Below are positions 57,836 through 64,000 of a DNA stretch of 64,000 nt, piece after piece. Location of the stretch: the NCBI GenBank assembly GCA_963797545.1, contig CAWCPU010000010.1, positions 61,732 to 125,731 of the forward strand, read 5' to 3'. The translations under genes were made by a program, and so were the position numbers. This DNA is from an uncultured delta proteobacterium (lineage in GTDB: Bacteria > Desulfobacterota > Binatia > UTPRO1). Positions within the stretch are counted from its first letter, which is position 1. Every line of letters starts with the position of its first letter. The notes under the pieces are model-generated. The model saw nothing but the letters and a program-made list of their open reading frames with translations. It ran no database searches and was not told where the DNA came from.

Positions 57836-58504
57836 ATGACGCAGCTAGCGAACGGGAGCGCCGCGGGCAAATCGAATCCACACCAGAGCAAGATCTACTC
57901 GGAGTTCTCTCACCTCTACGACAAGATTTTCGAGCGCGTGTTCTTCCCGCGCATCACACGCGTCGTGAGCTCGCTGCGTATTCCGCCGGGCGCGCGCGTT
58001 CTCGAGCTCGGCGTCGGTACCGGCTTGTCGCTGAGCGCGTATCCCTCGCACTGTGAGGTCGTCGGCGTCGATCTCGCGCGCGACATGCTCGAGCAGGCGG
58101 AGGAGAAGATTCACCGCAATCGGTGGTCGCACATCACGCTCCAGCAGATGGACGCGCTGGATCTGCGGTTTCCGAGCGACAGCTTCGACTACGTGACGGC
58201 TTTCCACGTGATCAGCGTCGTGCCCGACGCGCACCGCATGATGGACGAGGCGACGCGCGTCTGCCGGAGAGACGGCACGATCGTGCTGATCAATCACTTT
58301 CGGAGCCAGCGCCCGGTGATCGGGACGCTGGTCGATCTCGTCGATCCGGTGACGCGGAAGCTCGGCTGGCGCACGACCCTGCGGCTCGCCGACGTTCTGA
58401 ACGACGCGCCGGTCGAGGTCGCGCAGTGCTACAAGACCTCGCCGCGGTCGTTGTTCACGGTCCTGGTGGCGCGCAACCGTAAGGAGCTCGCCGCCGTCGG
58501 CTGA
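57836..58504 (+). CDS. SAM-dependent methyltransferase, phosphatidylethanolamine N-methyltransferase (PmtA)-like
   Basis: YD..F..VF, VLELGVGTGLSL..YP, MDA..L.FPSDSFD, SVVPD, INHF, LGW. Confidence 0.8.
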   Translation: MTQLANGSAAGKSNPHQSKIYSEFSHLYDKIFERVFFPRITRVVSSLRIPPGARVLELGVGTGLSLSAYPSHCEVVGVDLARDMLEQAEEKIHRNRWSHITLQQMDALDLRFPSDSFDYVTAFHVISVVPDAHRMMDEATRVCRRDGTIVLINHFRSQRPVIGTLVDLVDPVTRKLGWRTTLRLADVLNDAPVEVAQCYKTSPRSLFTVLVARNRKELAAVG

Positions 58505-58616
58505 GCGCCGTTCGCCCGGACTTTCGGTGCAACCGACGCCCGCGCGCTGCGGCCCTTCGCCGACCTCGTATCGACGCGTACGCTACCCGTCCGATCTCCG
58601 CAGCTCGCTGCGCTCC

Positions 58617-58825
58617 TGTGGATAAGCTGTAGATTCGGAGCGGTCAGTATTATCAACGACTTGCACCGACGGAGCACTCGATCGCGCACAACCGTCAACA
58701 ATGCGTGATCCACGACGCGTAAGTCGCTGATTCCTCAGCAGGAGTCTCGCTGTAACCCAGCGATCATCGAGTGATGACTACGTAGGTGCACGGCAGATCC
58801 TCCCCTGTGGATAACCTGTGGGCAG
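58617..58825. promoter_or_regulatory. DnaA-box cluster with two IHF-consensus sites
   Basis: Perfect TGTGGATAA at 58617 and 58806, each followed after 2 nt by a degenerate box; 2-mismatch boxes at 58650 and 58706; IHF WATCAANNNNTTR exact at 58651-58663 and 1-mismatch on the minus strand at 58720-58732. Confidence 0.65.
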
Positions 58826-58867
58826 GCGAAGCGTCCGGACACGATCGATGATCGACATCAAGGCGAA

Positions 58868-58939
58868 TGCCCCCGCCCAGAATCGAACTGGGACTTAGGG
58901 TTCCGGAGACCCTCGTGATGTCCTTTTCACTACGGGGGC
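58868..58939 (-). tRNA. tRNA-Arg(CCG)
   Basis: GCCCCCG/CGGGGGC acceptor stem, AGGGT-CT CCG GA-ACCCT anticodon arm, CCCAG TTCGATT CTGGG T-arm; CCA not encoded. Confidence 0.93.
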
Positions 58940-58985
58940 GAAGACGAGCGAGGTGAGCGTCGGGTACCACGGCACCTCCGAGCCG

Positions 58986-59813
58986 TCAACGCGACTGAGC
59001 ATCGGGGTGCGGCCCGAGCTCGTTCAAACGCGCGGTGAGCGTCGTGACCATGGCGGCATGCACTCGGCCGTTCGACGCGAGCGTCTGCATGCCGAACGCA
59101 TCGAACCGTCCGCCGCGGAAATCCGTCACGACCCCGCCCGCCTCGCGTACGACGAGGGCACCGGCGGCGGTGTCCCACGGCTGGAGCTTCCATTCCCAAA
59201 AGCCGTCGAGACGACCGCAGGCGACGTAGCAGAGGTCGAGTGCGGCGGAGCCGTTGCGCCGCACGCCTTGGCTTTGTCGTACGAGATCCGCGAAGAACGC
59301 GAGGTAGAACTCGAGGTGCACGCGGCGGTCGTAAGGAAAGCCGGTCGCGAGCAGCGCGCCGTCGAGATCCGGCGTTGGCGATACCGTGATCGGTGTGCCG
59401 TTCAAGCGCGCGCCGCGGCGATGCTCGGCGGAGAACGTCTCGTCGCGCAGGGGATCGTAAACGATCGCAAATCGCGTTTCGCCGCCGTGCGCGAACGCCA
59501 GCGAGATCGCGAAATGCGGATACGCGTGGGCGAAGTTCGTCGTGCCGTCGAGCGGATCGACGTACCACACGTCCTCGGTCGCCGCGGGCCGCTCGATCAC
59601 GCCGCCCGCCGATGCCTCTTCAGCGACGATGCGGTGGCTCGGAAACGCCTGTCGCAAGCGGCCGACGATCAGGCTCTCGACTTCACGATCCGTTGCGGTG
59701 ACGAGATCGATCGCGCTCTTGTACTCGACCGTCTTGCGCTCGCGCCACGTCGCGCGCAGCAGTGTTCCGCCTTCGGCGAGGGCCGCGCGCGCGACGCGCT
59801 CGAACTCCGTCAT
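58986..59813 (-). CDS. suhB: Inositol monophosphatase family protein
   Basis: DLVT..D, AEE, WYVDPLDGTTNFAH, RRNGSAALDL, WDTAAG..VVREAGG. Confidence 0.93.
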   Translation of the reverse strand: MTEFERVARAALAEGGTLLRATWRERKTVEYKSAIDLVTATDREVESLIVGRLRQAFPSHRIVAEEASAGGVIERPAATEDVWYVDPLDGTTNFAHAYPHFAISLAFAHGGETRFAIVYDPLRDETFSAEHRRGARLNGTPITVSPTPDLDGALLATGFPYDRRVHLEFYLAFFADLVRQSQGVRRNGSAALDLCYVACGRLDGFWEWKLQPWDTAAGALVVREAGGVVTDFRGGRFDAFGMQTLASNGRVHAAMVTTLTARLNELGPHPDAQSR

Positions 59814-59871
59814 GCGCGCGACTAGTCGCACGTTGAAACCACCGGATCAAGGTGAGACGATCGCGCGCCTC

Positions 59872-60861
59872 ATGGACGACGTCGCGCAATCCGTCATGCG
59901 CGCCAGCTGGCGGTCGCCGGCAAAGGTGAACCTGTCGCTGCGCATCGTCGGGCGGCGGCCCGACGGCTACCATCTGCTCGATTCGGTGTTCGCGGCGGTC
60001 GATCTCTGCGACGACATCGCTGTTGCCGTGCGCGATCTCCGGGCGGGAGCGGAGCCGGTGGTCGAGGTTCGCTGCGATCGGCCCGACGTGCCGACCGACG
60101 CGCGCAACTTGGCGGCGCGCGCGGCGCGCGTGCTCCTGTGCGAGCGCGGCATCGGCGCGCGTGTCGCGATCGATCTCGAGAAGCGGATTCCGCCGGGAAG
60201 CGGCCTCGGCGGCGGCAGCAGCAACGCCGCGACCGTGTTGGCCGGCTTGAACGCGCGCCTCGGCCTCGGCGTCGAGCCGCTACGCCTCCGAGAGCTCGCG
60301 CTCTCGCTCGGCGCCGACGTGCCGTTCTTTCTCGACGGCGGCGTCGCGCGCGTCGGCGGCGTCGGCGAGCTGGTGGAGCCGATCGCGTGGTCGGACTTGC
60401 ATCTCGTGCTCGCGATTCCGTCGGTCGCGGTGTCGACCGCGTGGGCGTTCGAGGCGTACGACGAACGGGCGGCGAGCTCCGCTCCCGGCGACGAGGCCGC
60501 GCCGCGCGCAGCGGGTCTGGTTCCCGATGGGCGCCTCTTCGTGAATGCGCTCGAAGCGGTCGTCTTCGCGAGATACCCCGAGCTCGCGACGCTCAAGCGA
60601 GACGTGCTCGCGGCCGGCGCTGCCGCTGCCGTGATGTCCGGCAGCGGATCGGCCATTCTCGGCAGCGCCCCGTCGCCACCCGCGGCGCACAGGATCGCCG
60701 ACACGCTCGTTTCGCGCCGTTCCGACGTGCGTGTCGAGGTCGTGAGCCTGTTCACCAGGGGAGTCGGCGAGGAGGGGCCCGGCGCCGGCGGTTCGCTGGC
60801 GATGGGCGACGAGGGGTGCCCGACCGGGTCGCCGGTTGACCGCTACCGACCGTCACACTAA
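59872..60861 (+). CDS. ispE: 4-(cytidine 5'-diphospho)-2-C-methyl-D-erythritol kinase
   Basis: SPAKVNLSL..GRRPDGYH, KRIPPGSGLGGGSSNAA, LGADVPFF, MSGSGS; TTGAAA-N17-GACGAT lies 10 nt upstream of ATG 59872 (alternative start 59896). Confidence 0.94.
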   Translation: MDDVAQSVMRASWRSPAKVNLSLRIVGRRPDGYHLLDSVFAAVDLCDDIAVAVRDLRAGAEPVVEVRCDRPDVPTDARNLAARAARVLLCERGIGARVAIDLEKRIPPGSGLGGGSSNAATVLAGLNARLGLGVEPLRLRELALSLGADVPFFLDGGVARVGGVGELVEPIAWSDLHLVLAIPSVAVSTAWAFEAYDERAASSAPGDEAAPRAAGLVPDGRLFVNALEAVVFARYPELATLKRDVLAAGAAAAVMSGSGSAILGSAPSPPAAHRIADTLVSRRSDVRVEVVSLFTRGVGEEGPGAGGSLAMGDEGCPTGSPVDRYRPSH

Positions 60862-60955
60862 GATCCGTCGGTTTCCGGCCTGCTCCCGCTACTCGATGCC
60901 AGAGGGAAAGCGACGCGCTCCGTCGGGCAGCCGATCGGGGCCGGCGAGGCTGTGA

Positions 60956-61026
60956 TGGGCGGTCGCCAAGCGGTAAGGCCCCGGACTTTGGATCCGGTAT
61001 CGAAGGTTCGAATCCTTCCCGCCCAG
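60956..61026 (+). tRNA. tRNA-Gln(TTG)
   Basis: TGGGCGG/CCGCCCA acceptor stem, CCGGA-CT TTG GA-TCCGG anticodon arm, GAAGG TTCGAAT CCTTC T-arm; classic ispE-tRNA-Gln-prs position. Confidence 0.95.
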
Positions 61027-61051
61027 CTGTGATCTGATCGAGAACGCGAAA

Positions 61052-62013
61052 ATGGCGCTGCGAGCGAAAGACGACGTCATCATCTTCGCGGGGAGCTCGA
61101 ACCGAGCACTCGCCGAGGATATCTGCCGCTACCTCGGGACCCGCCTTGCCAGCGCCGACGTCGGCCGCTTCAGCGACGGCGAGACCCAGGTCGAGGTGAT
61201 CGAAAACGTGCGCGGCGGCGACGTGTTCGTCATCCAATCGACGTGCCCGCCGACGAACGATCACTTGATGGAGCTGCTGTTGATCCTCGACGCGCTCAAG
61301 CGCGCGTCGGCCGGTCGGATCACGGCGGTGGTGCCGTACTACGGCTACGCGCGCCAGGACCGGAAAGTCTCGCCGCGCGTACCGATCAGCGCCAAGCTCG
61401 TCGCGGATCTCATCACCACCGCCGGCGCGGCGCGGGTGCTGACGATGGATCTGCACGCCGGACAGATCCAGGGCTTCTTCAACATACCCGTCGACAACGT
61501 CTACGCGACGCCGGTTCTGCTGCGCTACATCCGCGAGAACGTCGTCGACGACGAGCCGGTCACGGTCGTCTCGCCCGACGCCGGCGGCGTCGAGCGTGCC
61601 CGTGCGTTCGCCAAGCATCTGAAGGCGAACCTCGCGATCATCGACAAGCGGCGCGCCGCCGCCAACCAGGTCGCCGAGATGCACATCATCGGCGAGGTGA
61701 CCGGCCGCGTCGCGGTGATCGTCGACGACATCGTCGACACCGCCGGGACGATCGTCGCCGCCGCCGACGCGCTCCGCGGCGCCGGCGCCCAGCAGGTGTT
61801 CGCGTGCTGCACGCACCCGGTGCTCTCCGGCCCGGCGATCGAGCGGCTGACCGCCTCGAGCCTGAAGAAGCTCATCGTCACCAACACGATTCCGCTGCAC
61901 CCGCGGGCGCCAGGAGGCTCCGAAGCATCGCCGTGCTCTCCGTCGCACACCTGATCGGCGAGGCCATTCGACGCATTCACAACGAGGAATCGATCAGCTC
62001 GCTCTTCGTCTGA
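61052..62013 (+). CDS. prs: Ribose-phosphate pyrophosphokinase; apparent frameshift near 61910-61927
   Basis: [43 protein letters not shown]. The conserved tail [24 protein letters not shown] is in another frame; removing 2 nt gives 960 nt. Confidence 0.95.
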
Positions 62014-62032
62014 GCCGGCGCGAGGAAGGGAA

Positions 62033-62705
62033 ATGGACGAGATCGCATTGAAGGTGGAGGAACGCGGCGGGCGCGGCAAGGCGCCGGCGCGGCAGCTGCG
62101 GCGGGACGGGAAGATTCCGGGCGTCTTCTACGGTCCCGAAGACGCGATGCAGTGGCGCTCGCCGTCGACGCCGCGGAGTTCAGCGCGCACGTCGAGACCA
62201 TCGAGGGCTCGCACCTCATCCGTTTCCAGTCCGACGCGGCAGCGCTCGGGCAGCAGGTGGCGCTGGTCCGCGAGGTGCAGACGCACCCGCTCTCGGGCGC
62301 GATCCTGCACATCGACTTCTACGAGGTCGATCTGACGCAGCGGCTGCAGGTGACGGTGCCGCTCCACTTCGTCGGCAAGGCGCGCGGCCTTGCCGAGGGC
62401 GGTATCCTGCAGCCGGTTCTGCGCGAGATCGAGGTCGAGTGCCTGCCGACGGACATTCCCGCAGTACATCGACGTCGACGTCAGCGGTCTCGCGATCCAC
62501 GACGCGGTCCATCTGGCGGACATCCAGATGCCGCCGAACGTGACGCGCGGTCTTCGAGAGCAACGACGCCGTCGTCACCGTGCTGCCGCCGACGGTCGAG
62601 GAGGTGAAGACGCCGGAGGCGGCGGAAGGCGTCGTGGCTGAGGGCGTCGCCGCAGAAGGCGCCGCGCCGGCCGCCGAGGGCGAGGCGAAGAAGAAGGAGA
62701 GCTGA
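62033..62705 (+). CDS. rplY: 50S ribosomal protein L25/Ctc; apparent frameshifts near 62140, 62460 and 62545
   Basis: ARQLRRDGKIPGVFYG, REVQTHPL..ILHIDF, VTVPLHFVG, VECLP.DIP, acidic tail; removing 4 nt gives 669 nt. Confidence 0.92.
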
Positions 62706-62772
62706 GTCCGGCGGCGCCGGAGGCTCACCGCGAGCCGTGCATCCGCCGCGGCAGCGCGCCCGCGCACCGCAC

Positions 62773-63366
62773 ATGAAGCTCGTCGTCGGACTCGGGAACC
62801 CGGGCGCACGCTATCGCCGGACGCGACACAACGTCGGATTCCGGATCGTCGATCGCCTGGCGGAGCGCTGGAACGTCGTCCTCGATCCCAGCCGCGGCGC
62901 CGCGGAGGTCGCGGACGCGCGCTACGCGTCGACCCGGGTCGTGCTCGCGAAGCCGTCGACCTTCATGAACGCGAGCGGCGAGGCGGTCGCAAAGCTGCGG
63001 TACGCGTATGGCGTCGAGCCCGCGGATGTCGTCGCGGTTCATGACGATCTCGATCTCCCGCTCGGGCGCGTCCGCGTCCGCGGCGGTGGCGGCGCCGGCG
63101 GACATCGCGGAGTGCTGTCGTTGATCGCCGAGCTCGGTGCCGAGTTCGCACGCGTGCGGATCGGGATCGGCCGGCCGCTCGACGACGGCGACCCGGTCGC
63201 GTTCGTTCTGGCCGAGTTCACGCCGGACGAGACTCCGCGTGTCGAGGAGATCGTCGATCGCGCGGCCGACGCCGTCGAATCCCTGATCCGCGACGGATTG
63301 GAGCGCACGATGGGCACGTTCAACCGCGTACCGTCGACGCTGGCAATCGGCGGGATCGTAAGATAA
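62773..63366 (+). CDS. pth: Peptidyl-tRNA hydrolase
   Basis: MKLVVGLGNPG..Y..TRHNVGF, KPSTFMNASG, HDDLDLP, GGHRG, RIGIGRP. Confidence 0.96.
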   Translation: MKLVVGLGNPGARYRRTRHNVGFRIVDRLAERWNVVLDPSRGAAEVADARYASTRVVLAKPSTFMNASGEAVAKLRYAYGVEPADVVAVHDDLDLPLGRVRVRGGGGAGGHRGVLSLIAELGAEFARVRIGIGRPLDDGDPVAFVLAEFTPDETPRVEEIVDRAADAVESLIRDGLERTMGTFNRVPSTLAIGGIVR

Positions 63367-63394
63367 GAATCCACGTTTCACGAAGGAGGCAGCC

Positions 63395-63812
63395 GTGGCC
63401 CGCGGAGAGCAAACCCGTCGAGTACGAGAGCATGATCGTGCTGCGCGCCGACCTGCAGGAGGCCGGCGTTCAAGAGCACCTCGAGCGACTGCGCAAGGTT
63501 CTCGAAGGCAACGGCGCGACGGTCGCGGGCGTCCACGAGTGGGGCAATCGCGAGCTCGCCTACGAGATCGAGAAACAGCGCCGCGGCTTCTACGTGCTCC
63601 TCGAGTACACCAGCACCGCGGCCGCGGTCGCGGAGCTGGAGCGACAATTGAAGCTCTCGGACGCCGTGTTGCGGTTCGTTTCGGTGCGGCGCGAGAAGGA
63701 CACGCCGGCGACCGCCGCGATGCCGTCGGCGGAAGCCCAACCGGCGACGCCGGTCGTGGGCGACGAGGACGAGGAGCCGCTCGGCGATACCGAGATGGCC
63801 GACCTCGAGTAA
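63395..63812 (+). CDS. rpsF: 30S ribosomal protein S6; apparent +1 frameshift near 63419
   Basis: AAGGAGG RBS before GTG 63395; the (R)EYESMIVL..WGNRELAYEI..LSDAVLRF frame is offset by one base; removing 1 nt gives 417 nt. Confidence 0.93.
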
Positions 63813-63833
63813 CGCGAAAGGATCACAGGAGCC

Positions 63834-64000
63834 ATGCCGGGAAGAGCTGGAGGGCGGAGCGGCGGCGCGCGCGGCCGCGGGCGCTCGCGCGACGAGCGCG
63901 GGCCTGGTCGCGGACGCCGTCCGGGCCGGCGGAAGGTCTGCCGGTTCTGCGCCGAGAAGGGCATTCGCATCGACTACAAGGACACCCGCGTGCTCGGAAA
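63834..64000 (+). CDS. rpsR: 30S ribosomal protein S18 (partial, runs off the window)
   Basis: RRKVCRFC..IDYKD; follows rpsF; AGGA RBS. Confidence 0.93.
   Translation, partial: MPGRAGGRSGGARGRGRSRDERGPGRGRRPGRRKVCRFCAEKGIRIDYKDTRVLG

Noticed and set aside
57280-58939. Integrative element at tRNA-Arg(CCG), suggested by the excisionase-like gene
   Set aside because: No integrase and no duplicate of the tRNA 3' end found; flanking genes are housekeeping
54756-63812. Programmed ribosomal frameshifting in secD, prs, rplY and rpsF
   Set aside because: No slippery sequences or stimulatory structures, several events per gene, and no precedent in these families; error is far more parsimonious
1-64000. 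CRISPR array, IS element, rRNA, tmRNA
   Set aside because: No regularly spaced repeats, transposase motifs or rRNA/tmRNA signatures seen by eye; small ncRNAs cannot be excluded without an Infernal scan

Overview
A high-GC bacterial chromosomal segment, about 70% GC by hand-sampled lines. Gene content (hpnG/hpnH, exeAB, DUF1302-like outer-membrane proteins, LolA-like sorting protein, YfhL ferredoxin) suggests a deltaproteobacterium-like diderm such as Ca. Binatia/Binatota; this is inference only. Most of the window is housekeeping: lrp-gltBD, dcd, perR-bfr, dtd, hopanoid side-chain genes, exeAB-lnt, moaA, ispB, mrp, ino1/phosphatidyltransferase, coaBC, nfeD-SPFH, queA-tgt-yajC-secDF, tRNA-Arg(CCG), suhB, ispE-tRNA-Gln-prs-rplY-pth-rpsF-rpsR. 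I saw no CRISPR array, integrase or transposase. Four things stand out. (1) A low-GC cassette at 15.2-20.1 kb encodes a lone ketosynthase, an ACP and a degenerate DUF374-like acyltransferase, directly followed by a multi-TM sensor kinase whose sensor half shares the low GC and a REC-kinase hybrid; it is a candidate undescribed lipid-signal synthase/receptor module. (2) An intergenic DnaA-box cluster with two IHF-consensus sites lies at 58.6-58.8 kb, away from any dnaA gene in this window (oriC-, datA- or DARS-like candidate). (3) A decayed ahpC sits between perR and bacterioferritin. (4) About 15 apparent single-base insertions break 7 genes, including essential ones, and are most likely sequencing or assembly errors. 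Family assignments come from motif recognition by eye; no database search was run.
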